From: an uncultured Rickettsiales bacterium
Lineage (GTDB): Bacteria; Pseudomonadota; Alphaproteobacteria; RF32; CAG-239
Direction: 5' to 3'
Assembly (NCBI GenBank): GCA_900551865.1
Contig: URXV01000003.1
Coordinates: 11,079 to 75,078 of the forward strand
Length of the DNA: 64,000 nucleotides
The position numbers and the translations under genes are program-made. Below are positions 27,710-37,221 of this stretch, one piece after another. Position 1 is the first letter of the stretch. Every line of letters starts with the position of its first letter. The notes beneath the pieces are model-generated. The model was not told where the DNA came from. It searched no databases and was given only the letters and a program-made list of their open reading frames with translations.

Positions 27710-28420
27710 TTAAGCCGTCATAAGCAGAGTTCTGACAAATTCCGGCAGCGTTTCTTCCGCTTTGCCTAAAACCAGACGGTCAAAACAAACGCTGTTTGTC
27801 GGTGGTTCCAAATTAAAAGCAAGTGTTTTGGCGCCGTTTTTCCAAGCTTCCCAGGCAAAACGGGAAGCGGGAGGAATTTCTCCTGACGTTCCGACTGCAA
27901 CGAATAGGTCGGCGCAGCGCAGCAGTTCTTTCGCAACAGAAGTGAACATTATTTCTTCGCCGAAGAAGACAATGTCCGGCCGCAGCGATTTCTCGGCGCG
28001 GCAAAAAGGGCAGGGCGTTTCAGCCGTTATATCGTCCCATGTTTCCCAGGCATTATGGCAATGAGAGCATCGGATTTTGTTAATTTGCCCGTGAATGTGA
28101 TACACGTTTTCGCTGCCCGCCTTTTCATGCAGGGTATCCATGTTTTGCGTCAGGATATATACTTCTCCTGAATAGCCCTGTTGTAGCCAGCTGATTGCCA
28201 AATGGGCGGCATTGGGCTTTGCTTCGGCCATTTCTTGCCTTAAACCGTTATAAAAGTCAAGCACGTCACTGCGCCGTAGCGAAAGGGCTTCCGCCGTTGC
28301 CACCTCTTCGGGATTGCGGTTGTTCCACAAACCGTTTTTTCCGCGGAAGAGCGATAGCCCGGATTCGGCGGAAATGCCGGCACCGGTCAGAAATACAATT
28401 TTACGGTATTGGAATTGCAT
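27710..28420 (-). CDS. cobB: NAD-dependent protein deacylase, Sir2 family (short CobB-type)
   Basis: GAGISAESGL, TQNMDTLH and HG motifs with a CxxC...CxxC zinc ribbon. Confidence 0.85.
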   Translation of the reverse strand: MQFQYRKIVFLTGAGISAESGLSLFRGKNGLWNNRNPEEVATAEALSLRRSDVLDFYNGLRQEMAEAKPNAAHLAISWLQQGYSGEVYILTQNMDTLHEKAGSENVYHIHGQINKIRCSHCHNAWETWDDITAETPCPFCRAEKSLRPDIVFFGEEIMFTSVAKELLRCADLFVAVGTSGEIPPASRFAWEAWKNGAKTLAFNLEPPTNSVCFDRLVLGKAEETLPEFVRTLLMTA

Positions 28421-28430
28421 AAATTTGGGC

Positions 28431-28492
28431 TTTTTTTAACGAGGTTGGCTCCTTTTAGCCCATTCCTTCGTGAAACAGCCGTTTGCCGTTTC
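28431..28492 (-). promoter_or_regulatory. Conserved two-hairpin leader element, copy B
   Basis: The reverse complement aligns with 39726-39792, with 14/14 and 16/16 identical blocks. It ends 10 nt before the cobB ATG. Confidence 0.45.
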
Positions 28493-28545
28493 AAAATAAT
28501 AAAACATATATTTATCAGAATAAGCGTATAATACGTTTTTTATAC

Positions 28546-28603
28546 CGTTTGTCAACAAAATATCCAAATCAGATGCCGGTGGCGAAACAGATGTTGACAA
28601 ACG
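28546..28603. promoter_or_regulatory. Divergent promoter pair embedded in a perfect 12-bp inverted repeat
   Basis: CGTTTGTCAACA and TGTTGACAAACG each contain TTGACA. The plus strand reads TTGACA-N17-TACAGT and the minus strand reads TTGACA-N16-TATTAT. Confidence 0.45.
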
Positions 28604-28668
28604 TTCCGGATTTGGCTACAGTTCGCAGCGGTTCGTTGTTTATCCAAAGCAAATAAAAGGAAATCAGG

Positions 28669-29598
28669 ATGCTATTTGAAAAAGCGGCAATTTTGGGCAT
28701 TGGCTTAATCGGCTCTTCGCTTGCCCGTTGCCTTAAGCAAAACGGCGATGTTAAAACGCTGGCTGTTTACGATGAAAATTCTGCCAACTTGCAAAAAGCC
28801 CGCGAACTGGATTTGGCCGATATTTATGCCGGTAATCTGTGCGAAGCCGTCAAAGACGCCGATTTAGTCGTGTTCGCCACACCGGTCTGCGCATTTGGCG
28901 CGTTGGCGCGGGAGAGTGCGCCGTTCCTGAAAAAAGGAACAGTCATTACCGACGTCGGTTCGGTTAAACAATATAGCTTGCGCGAAGTGGAAAAATATTT
29001 AAACCGGCATAACGGTATGGTTGTTGTCGGAGGGCATCCTGTTGCCGGTACCGAAAAGTCCGGACCCGAAAACGGTTTTGCTTCGCTGTTTAAAGGGCGT
29101 TGGTGCATTTTGACGCCGGATGAAAATTCTTCGCCTGATGCCGTTGCCCGCCTGACGGCAATGTGGGAGCATTGCGGCATGAAGGTAGATACGATGGAAC
29201 CTGCACATCATGATAAGGTTATGGCAGCCGTATCGCACCTGCCGCAGCTGATTGCATATTCCATTGTCGGTACCGTTGCCGATTTGGAGGGATATGAACA
29301 TAAGGAAATTATCAAATATTCCGCTGGCGGCTTTCGCGATTTTACGCGTATTGCCGGTTCTGACCCGACAATGTGGCGCGATGTCTTTTTGACCAACAAG
29401 CAGACGGTCTTGGAACTGATACAGCGTTTTGTTGAAGATTTGATCGCTCTTGAACGTAATATTCGCTGGGACGAGGGGGATAAGCTGTTTGATTTGTTTA
29501 AGCGCACGCAGAAAATCCGCAAAGACGTTATCGAGGCCAAACAGGATCAGCCTGAACACGAAAAGCGCATTTTGGAAGAACTTGGCGCGGAATTTTGA
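28669..29598 (+). CDS. Prephenate/arogenate (cyclohexadienyl) dehydrogenase
   Basis: Rossmann motif ILGIGLIGSS, the GGHPVAGTE catalytic region and SHLPQ motif. Confidence 0.85.
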   Translation: MLFEKAAILGIGLIGSSLARCLKQNGDVKTLAVYDENSANLQKARELDLADIYAGNLCEAVKDADLVVFATPVCAFGALARESAPFLKKGTVITDVGSVKQYSLREVEKYLNRHNGMVVVGGHPVAGTEKSGPENGFASLFKGRWCILTPDENSSPDAVARLTAMWEHCGMKVDTMEPAHHDKVMAAVSHLPQLIAYSIVGTVADLEGYEHKEIIKYSAGGFRDFTRIAGSDPTMWRDVFLTNKQTVLELIQRFVEDLIALERNIRWDEGDKLFDLFKRTQKIRKDVIEAKQDQPEHEKRILEELGAEF

Positions 29599-29763
29599 CC
29601 CCCATATTTCGCCCCCTCCGTGTTTGGAAACAGCCCATGTATTGAAAACGTCCCGTATTTTAAAACAGCCCGTGTTTTGCCTCCCTGTTTGCGGTGAAAA
29701 ATATTGACAACCGAAAATAATGGATTACATTATACCAAACTTATCTAAAGAGGAGATATGTGT

Positions 29764-30213
29764 ATGTATAGAAAAATTATAGGGCTGGCTGTCTTGCCGT
29801 TTTTGCTGGCAGGTTGTGCCGACAACATCAATTCCGACCATTATAATACCAATCAGGCCGGGAAGGTTTCAACGGTTTCCCAGTGCACGGTATTGAGCGT
29901 GCGCCAGGTCGGCGTCAACAGCGATTCGGGAGCGGGTACGCTTATCGGCGGCATAGCCGGCGGCGTAGCCGGTTCAACCATCGGCGGCGGCAGCACCGCA
30001 CATACGCTGGGAGCGGTTGGCGGTGCATTGCTCGGTGGTCTTGTTGGTGATGCCGCGGAAAAAGGGCTGAGTTCCCAGACCGGCTTGGAATATATCGTCA
30101 AACTGGACAACGGTCAGGTAATCAGTGTGACACAGGGAACGGGGCAGGCGCTCGGCGTCGGCCAGCGTTGTCTGGTATTGTTTGGCAATACGACCCGCAT
30201 TATTGCCCAGTAA
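29764..30213 (+). CDS. Glycine-zipper outer-membrane lipoprotein (SlyB / 17-kDa antigen-like)
   Basis: Lipobox LLAGC and a glycine-zipper stretch GGIAGGVAGSTIGGG..GAVGGALLGGLVG. AGGAG lies 8 nt upstream of this ATG. Confidence 0.75.
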   Translation: MYRKIIGLAVLPFLLAGCADNINSDHYNTNQAGKVSTVSQCTVLSVRQVGVNSDSGAGTLIGGIAGGVAGSTIGGGSTAHTLGAVGGALLGGLVGDAAEKGLSSQTGLEYIVKLDNGQVISVTQGTGQALGVGQRCLVLFGNTTRIIAQ

Positions 30214-30216
30214 AAT

Positions 30217-31110
30217 ATGAAAAAGCGCCTGATAGCAATCGTCTTTGTTCTGATTGCCGCGTTCGGCGTGTTATGTTACGGCAGCAGATACCGCCGGCAG
30301 AAAACGCCGGCGGTATCTGTGGTTATGCTTACCTATCAGCGGGCAGAAATGCTGCCGCAGGCGATAGAGAGCATTTTGTCACAGACTTTTTCTGATTTTG
30401 AATTTATCATCATAAACGACGGTTCATCGGACAACACCGACGAAGTTGTCGCCCGCTGTGATGACCCTCGTGTTCGCTATTATCGCAATGACCGTAACCG
30501 GGGAATTGCTTTTTCCCGCAACCGTGCCGCAGCGTTGGCACGCGGAAAATATGTTATGATAATGGACGACGATGACAAAAGCCTGCCGACCCGGATGGGT
30601 GCGCAGGTGTCGTTTCTGGAAAGCCACCCGGAAATAGCAGCTGTTGCCGGGCAGATAAAAGGGCTGCCGCGCATTCCGCAAAATCATGACGAAATCGCCG
30701 CCGGGCTGATACAGTATAACAATTTCGGCAATGCCAACGTGATGTACCGCCGCGATTTTGCCGCAAAACATAATATCCGTTATGACGAGGGGCTGAAAGC
30801 GTCCGAAGACTGGGACTTCTGGTTGCAGATTCTGTTTGCGGGCGGGAAACTGGCGGCGTTGCCCGAGGACGTATTGGAAAGGAACGGCGCCAGCACAAAA
30901 TATTACGGCATCAGTTACGAGGAAGCCAATGCTGCCGTCCGCAAAAAAATTGGCAAAGCCTTTCTGCCGGAAAAACCGGATGCGTTTTATGCCGCCGACA
31001 GTTGCGGTAAATTAAAACTCATCTCTGAAAAGAATATCTTTTCCCCGGTTTTTACGCAAAAGCTTTTTGATATCAACTGTCCTGCCGCGGCGTCTCCAGC
31101 AGTTCGCTGA
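30217..31110 (+). CDS. Glycosyltransferase family 2
   Basis: VSVVMLTYQR...IIINDGSSDNT...MDDDD motifs. An N-terminal TM segment is present. Confidence 0.85.
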   Translation: MKKRLIAIVFVLIAAFGVLCYGSRYRRQKTPAVSVVMLTYQRAEMLPQAIESILSQTFSDFEFIIINDGSSDNTDEVVARCDDPRVRYYRNDRNRGIAFSRNRAAALARGKYVMIMDDDDKSLPTRMGAQVSFLESHPEIAAVAGQIKGLPRIPQNHDEIAAGLIQYNNFGNANVMYRRDFAAKHNIRYDEGLKASEDWDFWLQILFAGGKLAALPEDVLERNGASTKYYGISYEEANAAVRKKIGKAFLPEKPDAFYAADSCGKLKLISEKNIFSPVFTQKLFDINCPAAASPAVR

Positions 31111-31795
31111 CAAATTGCGGCAGCGTATCGCCGGCCTTGCCCATAATATGCCTGTCAAAATAGAAGTTGTTTGACGTCGGCTCAAGATTAAATTCAAGTG
31201 TATCAGCCCCATAATACTTGGCTGTCTGCACAAATCCGGCTGCCGGATAAACCACTCCGGACGTTCCCACGGATACGAACAGGTCCGATGTGCTTAAAAG
31301 CCTTTCCACCTTATCCATATACAAGAGATTTTCGCCGAAGAAAACGATATTGGGCTTCATCATTCCCATAATATGGCAGTTTTCGCAAACCGTTTCCGAG
31401 GTAACGTCGCCCCAGGTTTCCAGAACGTGCCCGCAGTTCATGCAGACAGCCTGGTTTATTTGCCCGTGGATATGGATGACGTTTTTGCTTTTGGCTTTTT
31501 CATGTAAGATGTCGATGTTTTGCGTTATGATATGAATTTCGCCCGGATACTCCTGCTGCAACCGTGTAATTGCCAGATGTCCGGCGTTGGGCTTCGCGTT
31601 CCACAGTTCAGGTTTCATGTTGTTATAAAAATCGTGGACGTAATCTTGGTTGCGATAATATGCTTCAATTGTTGCCACATCTTCAACACGGTGGTTGTTC
31701 CACAGCCCGTTTTCGCTTCTGAACGTGGCGAGGCCGGATTCGGCGGAAATTCCCGCCCCGGTTAAAAACGTGATTTTTTTATACGTTTTGCGCAT
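31073..31795 (-). CDS. cobB: NAD-dependent protein deacylase, Sir2 family (second paralog)
   Basis: GAGISAESGL, TQNIDILH, HG and CxxC...CxxC motifs. The 3' end overlaps the convergent GT2 gene by 38 bp. Confidence 0.85.
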   Translation of the reverse strand: MRKTYKKITFLTGAGISAESGLATFRSENGLWNNHRVEDVATIEAYYRNQDYVHDFYNNMKPELWNAKPNAGHLAITRLQQEYPGEIHIITQNIDILHEKAKSKNVIHIHGQINQAVCMNCGHVLETWGDVTSETVCENCHIMGMMKPNIVFFGENLLYMDKVERLLSTSDLFVSVGTSGVVYPAAGFVQTAKYYGADTLEFNLEPTSNNFYFDRHIMGKAGDTLPQFVSELLETPRQDS

Positions 31796-31887
31796 TTTTT
31801 TCCTTAAATCTTTTCTTAAACAATTTAAGATATATGTAACACAAAACGTTTGGTTAGCAACCTTTTTATGAAACGGAGAACAAAATT

Positions 31888-32652
31888 ATGTGTTGCAACG
31901 GAATTCTCGCCCTGTTGGCGCTCATTATCGGTTTTATGGCTATTGTTTATCTTTTGTATCAGGTATATTCCTATATCCGCTGTGGTTGCGGGAGATACGG
32001 GCCGTTTGTGTCTTCGTACGGAAAAATCAAAGAAGACATCTTGGAAGAAGCCAGAAAAGTACTGAGAAAAGCCGGCCGTCCGCTAAAAGTAACCGACTTG
32101 GGCTGCGGCAGCGGAGCTTTGCTCCTGCCGTTGGCAAAAGAATTTCCCGAACATCAGTTTACCGGCTACGAGTGGGATATCGTTCCCCTGACGATGGGAA
32201 AGATTAAAGCTTCCGGGCTGAAAAACATTACTTTTGTCAAAGGGGATTATATGCAACAGTCCTATGCCGATATGGACTTAATCCTCTGCTATGTGCTGAA
32301 AGTAACCGGTGAACCGTTGGGCAAAAAATTAGCTCAGGAAATTAAAAAGGACTGCATTGTTATTTCCGAAATGTTTCCTCTGGCGCATTTACATGAAATC
32401 AAACAGATAGAATCTTCTATTTATGGCGTGCCTGAAAAAATTTACGTTTATCAAAAGCCTCATTCTCAGAAAGATGTAGCTCAATCCCGGAAATCCGCGC
32501 CGCAAGCTCGTAAGATTAAATCCCGGCCGGAAAAATCCGTACCGCACAACGGCAAGACCAAATCTCAGTCGAAAAAATCCGCGCCCCGGGCTGGAAAGAA
32601 ACTGTCCGGCACAGGCAGATCCAAAACCTCCAGATCCAAAACCCAAAAGTAA
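31888..32652 (+). CDS. Class I SAM-dependent methyltransferase with N-terminal TM anchor and Lys/Ser-rich C-terminal tail
   Basis: DLGCGSGALLL is motif I. The tail is built of SRKSAP.. / SKKSAP.. repeats. Confidence 0.65.
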   Translation: MCCNGILALLALIIGFMAIVYLLYQVYSYIRCGCGRYGPFVSSYGKIKEDILEEARKVLRKAGRPLKVTDLGCGSGALLLPLAKEFPEHQFTGYEWDIVPLTMGKIKASGLKNITFVKGDYMQQSYADMDLILCYVLKVTGEPLGKKLAQEIKKDCIVISEMFPLAHLHEIKQIESSIYGVPEKIYVYQKPHSQKDVAQSRKSAPQARKIKSRPEKSVPHNGKTKSQSKKSAPRAGKKLSGTGRSKTSRSKTQK

Positions 32653-32663
32653 GGAAAAGAAAA

Positions 32664-32999
32664 ATGTCTCGAAAAACTTGTTTTATGATTTTTATTGCCG
32701 CCGTTACCATAATTTTGGTGTCATATGTTATAAAATTTTCTCCGGTAACCGGGGTGGTGTCTTCTGTTTTTGCCGCAATGCAGAATCCGTATCTGGCGGT
32801 CTCTGCCGTTGTTGTTTCCCTGCTGCTGGCAAAACAGCGCTATTATTGGCTGCTGATACTGGGCTGCGCTGTTCTTGCTGCCGTTCTGATACAGCTTTTT
32901 GTTGTTGGAGGCGCCCTCGCTGCAGCAGTATTGCTGTATAAGATTGCGGCATTTGTCGTTTATGCATATTTGATTATGCTGATGCGTTTTATGCTTTAG
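32664..32999 (+). CDS. Small integral membrane protein
   Basis: 111 aa with four hydrophobic segments. AAGGAAAAG lies upstream of the ATG. Confidence 0.4.
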   Translation: MSRKTCFMIFIAAVTIILVSYVIKFSPVTGVVSSVFAAMQNPYLAVSAVVVSLLLAKQRYYWLLILGCAVLAAVLIQLFVVGGALAAAVLLYKIAAFVVYAYLIMLMRFML

Positions 33000-33148
33000 G
33001 AAAAAAGCCGCCCGTAAAACGGCGGCATATTTTTTGTCGGGGTGCGGATTATATTTTCTTTTCATAAATTTGTTTACATTTAAAACAAAATGGCTTAAAC
33101 TCCTTTCTGCTTTAAAAACAAGATTTAACTGATGGGGAATTATTTAAA

Positions 33149-34537
33149 ATGTTAAGAAGAACTAAAATTGTTGATTTGCTGAAGTCGGACACGACTAAAC
33201 CGCAGGTGTTGGCAAAAGGCTGGGTCAGAACCAGACGTGATGCCAAAGATTTTTCATTTATTGAACTAAACGACGGATCCTGCCTGAAAAATTTACAAAT
33301 CATCGCTCATAATAATCTCCCCAATTATAATGAAGTAAAAAGTTTGTCTACCGGTTCGTCCGTTGCCGTAACCGGCGCTTTGGTAGAGTCGCAGGGCGGC
33401 AGCCAGAAATACGAAGTCGTTGCCGATAAAATCGAAATTTACAGTCTGGCGCCGGAAGATTTTCCGCTGCAAAAGAAAAAACATTCCGACGAATACCTGC
33501 GCACGATTGCCCATCTGCGCCCGCGCACCAACAAATACGGTGCCGCTTTCCGCGTCCGGTCGGCGTTGGCGTATGCTATTCATAAGTTTTTTCAGGAACG
33601 CGGGTTTAAATATGTCCATACCCCGCTGATAACTGGTTCCGACTGTGAAGGTGCCGGGGAGATGTTTCAGGTAACGACGCTGGATTTGAAAAATCCTCCG
33701 CTGTTGCCTGACGGAAAAATTGATTACGGCCAGGATTTCTTTGGCAAACCCGCGCACTTGACTGTGTCCGGACAATTGAACGGCGAAATGTATGCCTGTG
33801 CTCTGGGAGACATTTATACGTTCGGCCCGACGTTCCGTGCCGAAAACTCCAATACCGCGCGCCATGCCGCCGAATTCTGGATGATTGAGCCGGAAATGGC
33901 TTTTGCCGATATTCATGACGATATGGATTTGGCTGAAGATATGGTTCGTTTTTGCGTAACCGACGTTATGGAACAATGCGCCGATGATATTGAACTGTTC
34001 GCCAAATTCGTCGATCCGGCGCTGATGGAAACGCTGAACAATATCAAAAACAACAGCTTTGCCCGCATTACCTATACCGAAGCTATCGAAATTATGCAAA
34101 AGTCGGGCAAAAAATTTGAATATGCCCCGGAATACGGGATTGATATGCAGACCGAGCATGAACGTTTTCTGGCGGAAGAACATTTCAAGCGTCCGGTAAT
34201 TGTCCGCGACTATCCGAAAGAAATTAAGGCTTTCTATATGCGGATGAACGATGATAACAAGACCGTAGCCGCTATGGATGTTTTGGTTCCGAGGATTGGC
34301 GAGCTGATTGGCGGTTCGCAGCGTGAAGAACGGTATGAGCTGTTGAAAAAGCGGATAGAAGAACTTGGAATGCACGAAGAAGATTACGCCTGGTACCTGG
34401 ATTCGCGCAAATACGGTTCGGTGCCGCACGCCGGGTTCGGGCTGGGATTTGAACGGATGATGATGCTGTTGACCGGTATTGCCAATATCCGTGACGTTAT
34501 TCCGTTTCCGCGGACGCCTAAATCGCTTAACTTTTAG
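33149..34537 (+). CDS. asnS: Asparagine--tRNA ligase
   Basis: Class IIb motifs are present ([31 protein letters not shown]) and the length is typical of AsnS. Confidence 0.93.
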   Translation: MLRRTKIVDLLKSDTTKPQVLAKGWVRTRRDAKDFSFIELNDGSCLKNLQIIAHNNLPNYNEVKSLSTGSSVAVTGALVESQGGSQKYEVVADKIEIYSLAPEDFPLQKKKHSDEYLRTIAHLRPRTNKYGAAFRVRSALAYAIHKFFQERGFKYVHTPLITGSDCEGAGEMFQVTTLDLKNPPLLPDGKIDYGQDFFGKPAHLTVSGQLNGEMYACALGDIYTFGPTFRAENSNTARHAAEFWMIEPEMAFADIHDDMDLAEDMVRFCVTDVMEQCADDIELFAKFVDPALMETLNNIKNNSFARITYTEAIEIMQKSGKKFEYAPEYGIDMQTEHERFLAEEHFKRPVIVRDYPKEIKAFYMRMNDDNKTVAAMDVLVPRIGELIGGSQREERYELLKKRIEELGMHEEDYAWYLDSRKYGSVPHAGFGLGFERMMMLLTGIANIRDVIPFPRTPKSLNF

Positions 34538-34617
34538 ATGAGCCGTATTCGGATAAAGGCATGACTGTTGAACGTGCCTTATTCCGAAAAATGGCTTAAC
34601 CTTAGGGAGATAAAGCT

Positions 34618-35181
34618 ATGCAGAAAATCTTTGGCCGGGCAGTGCAGCCGTTGTTGCCGCAAAAGGTCTTGTCCGTTGCAATTGTTACGGTTGCCTTTTG
34701 TATTTGTGCCGCGGCTTCCCCTGTTGCCGCATCGGCGGAGGACGGGGACAAGCAGCCGGCAGAAGTCTTTACGCACAAGGTAGAAAAAAAGCTGCTGCCG
34801 TTGCCGGATTGTAAAGACGCCGGGCTTCTTGGCGCGGTCAAAGATTTTGTTGCCGGGTTTTATGCCGGAAATGCCGATAAAAATGCAGCGTTTCGCCGCC
34901 GCCGCCATTTTATAACCCATAATCTGGCAGAATTTTCCCGAGAAAATATTGCCAATTATAAAACAGAAGCGGCTCGCCCCGTATCGGATATTATTATTGA
35001 CCTGAAAGTTAATAAAAATATCTTGGAAGAAAATATGCTTCTCTGTAAAAATCAAAGCCCTTATAAGGATCCCGGAAACGTTTATATTCTGGTGTATCCC
35101 GAAGATGACGGCTATAAGGTGCATCTGATAAACCTGGATGCAAAAGGGGAAGATGTTTCCTTCTTTTATAAAAAGGCTTGA
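34618..35181 (+). CDS. Hypothetical exported protein
   Basis: Signal-like N-terminus ending in ASA-ED. I recognise no family. Confidence 0.45.
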   Translation: MQKIFGRAVQPLLPQKVLSVAIVTVAFCICAAASPVAASAEDGDKQPAEVFTHKVEKKLLPLPDCKDAGLLGAVKDFVAGFYAGNADKNAAFRRRRHFITHNLAEFSRENIANYKTEAARPVSDIIIDLKVNKNILEENMLLCKNQSPYKDPGNVYILVYPEDDGYKVHLINLDAKGEDVSFFYKKA

Positions 35182-35291
35182 TTTTGCCCGGCGGATACCC
35201 TAAATAAATTCCGTCGCCCCAAAAAATCTGCGGGGCGTACCGCCGGCGGCGCAACCGTCTGGATACAAAAAGAAGTCTGTTAGGAATAAGT

Positions 35292-36188
35292 ATGAGCGAA
35301 CATAAAGATTTAATCGTTGTAAAACCGAAATCCCAACTGCCTATGGTGATTGAGGAAAACGGGATTTATGCTTATCTTGAACAGATAAAAAAATTCCCGG
35401 TGCTGACCGAAGATGAAGAAAAAAAACTGATAACCGACTTTCAGACCAAAGGCGATTTGCTGGCCGCCCAAAAGCTGATTACCTCACATTTGCGCCTGGC
35501 TGCCAAGATTGCGCTGACCTACCGCCGTTACGGGCTGCCGATGTCTGATGTTATTTCCGAGGCCAATCTGGGGTTGATGCAGGCGGTTAAAAAATTCGAT
35601 ATGGATAAGAAAGTTCGGTTGGCAACGTATGCGATATGGTGGATAAAAGCTGCGGTCAACGATTACATCCTGCGTTCTTGGTCTTTGGTCAAAATCGGCA
35701 CGGTTGCGGCGCAGAAAAAACTGTTTTATAACCTGAGCCGGATAAAAGCCCGCTTGGGGTTATATGAAAATAAGGAACTTGAGCCGAAAGTGGTCAAGGC
35801 CATTGCACATGAACTGATGGTTGATGAAAAGGACGTTACCGAAATGAACCGCCGTATCGGCGGCGACAGTTCCCTGAACGTCAGTGTCGGCGATGACGAA
35901 GACGGTCATGAAAAAATCGATATGATTGTTGACCGTCGGGAAAATATTGAAGCCAAAATATCGGCACGGCAGGAGCAGGCGTATAAAGCCAGAATTTTGG
36001 CTCAGTGTATGAAAAAACTGGATGAACGCGAACAGTATATCATTAAAAACCGGATGCTGACCGAAAACCCGAGCACGTTGGATGACATTGGAACTCATTT
36101 CAACATCAGTCGTGAACGGGTGCGGCAGATTGAAAAGAAGGCTTTCGATAAGCTTTCTTCCGAAGTAAAAAAGGCAATGGCGGCATAA
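35292..36188 (+). CDS. rpoH: RNA polymerase sigma-32 factor
   Basis: Sigma70 regions 2-4 are present, together with the RpoH box (QKKLFYNLSRIK). Confidence 0.9.
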   Translation: MSEHKDLIVVKPKSQLPMVIEENGIYAYLEQIKKFPVLTEDEEKKLITDFQTKGDLLAAQKLITSHLRLAAKIALTYRRYGLPMSDVISEANLGLMQAVKKFDMDKKVRLATYAIWWIKAAVNDYILRSWSLVKIGTVAAQKKLFYNLSRIKARLGLYENKELEPKVVKAIAHELMVDEKDVTEMNRRIGGDSSLNVSVGDDEDGHEKIDMIVDRRENIEAKISARQEQAYKARILAQCMKKLDEREQYIIKNRMLTENPSTLDDIGTHFNISRERVRQIEKKAFDKLSSEVKKAMAA

Positions 36189-36218
36189 GGCTGCATTTCC
36201 GTTGTCGGAAGTTTGAGA

Positions 36219-37085
36219 ATGGACAGGCAATTGCATAACACAGCCAAGGCATCAGCCGAAAAAGGCAAGAAGGCGGCATCGCTGCGGGAAGAATTGGTCA
36301 TGGCATTGACGGCAGCGAAAATTCCGTCGCCGCGTTTGGAAGCCGGCATAATTTTGCGGTATGCCGTACCAGGATATCCTGAAATGACGGCAACGGAGGC
36401 TGCTCAGGCTCGTCAGATGCTTGCGCGGCGTCTCCGCCATGAACCGCTGGATAAGATAATCGGAGAGCGCGAGTTCTATAAATCGGTGTTTATGGTAAAT
36501 AATGCAGTGCTGACTCCCCGCCCGGATACGGAAATTTTGGTGGAAGAAGCGTTGAAAAGAATTAATCCCGAAAAAAAATGCCGGATTCTGGATTTGGGAA
36601 CCGGATCAGGATGTATCCTGCTGTCGTTGCTTAAGGAATGCCCTCTGGCAGAAGGAACCGGGGTGGATGTTTCTCCGGAAGCGCTTGCTGTTGCGCGGGA
36701 AAATGCTGCAAGGCTCGGCGTTTCCGGCAGATGCTCTTTTGTAAATCAGAGCTGGTCGGACTGGAAACCCGAAAATGAAAAATGGGACATGATAGTCTCC
36801 AATCCGCCGTATATCCCGCGCGGCGATATAGCCGGGCTGGAGGCGGAAGTAAAAGATTATGATCCGCATTTGGCGCTGGACGGCGGCGAAGACGGTTATG
36901 GCTGCTATCGGGAAATTGCCGGCCTTGTGTCTTTAATTTTGCAAAAGGGCGGTTATATCTTGTTGGAAAGCGGAATGGGGCAGGCTGAGGATATTAAGCG
37001 CATTTTTTCGGCTCAGGGGTTGGAAACAGTTGCCGTAATCCCGGATTTGGCCGGCATAAACAGATGTGTGATACTAAAAAAATAA
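36219..37085 (+). CDS. prmC: Release factor glutamine N5-methyltransferase
   Basis: LDLGTGSGCI and VSNPPYI motifs. Confidence 0.9.
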   Translation: MDRQLHNTAKASAEKGKKAASLREELVMALTAAKIPSPRLEAGIILRYAVPGYPEMTATEAAQARQMLARRLRHEPLDKIIGEREFYKSVFMVNNAVLTPRPDTEILVEEALKRINPEKKCRILDLGTGSGCILLSLLKECPLAEGTGVDVSPEALAVARENAARLGVSGRCSFVNQSWSDWKPENEKWDMIVSNPPYIPRGDIAGLEAEVKDYDPHLALDGGEDGYGCYREIAGLVSLILQKGGYILLESGMGQAEDIKRIFSAQGLETVAVIPDLAGINRCVILKK

Positions 37086-37221
37086 GTTGCAAAAATAATT
37101 TTTAGCCTCTAATATCCGTTCTGTATTTGACGCGCGGTTTCATGTTGGGCGCGTTAGCCATTTCCTTTTTGAATGTAATGAATTGACAGGGTTTAAAACT
37201 CTGTCGTGATTGTGGGAATAT

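Noticed and set aside
28431-28492. Reading the repeated element as an EcfG-type general-stress promoter (GGAAC-N16-17-CGTT).
   Set aside because: GGAAT/GGATT and CGTT are present, but the spacers are 20 and 18 nt, too long and unequal. The paired compensatory differences fit RNA hairpins better. This is kept only as an alternative to be excluded by transcription-start mapping.
33293-34429. 378-aa ORF antisense to asnS. Similar long antisense ORFs occur at 320-1045, 3641-4966, 7301-8341, 9512-10351, 53977-54840, 57038-57781, 58378-59277.
   Set aside because: Each lies entirely opposite a gene with unmistakable family motifs. The translations are low-complexity and R/F/Q-rich with no recognisable motifs. 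This is the typical stop-codon-poor antisense frame of coding DNA.
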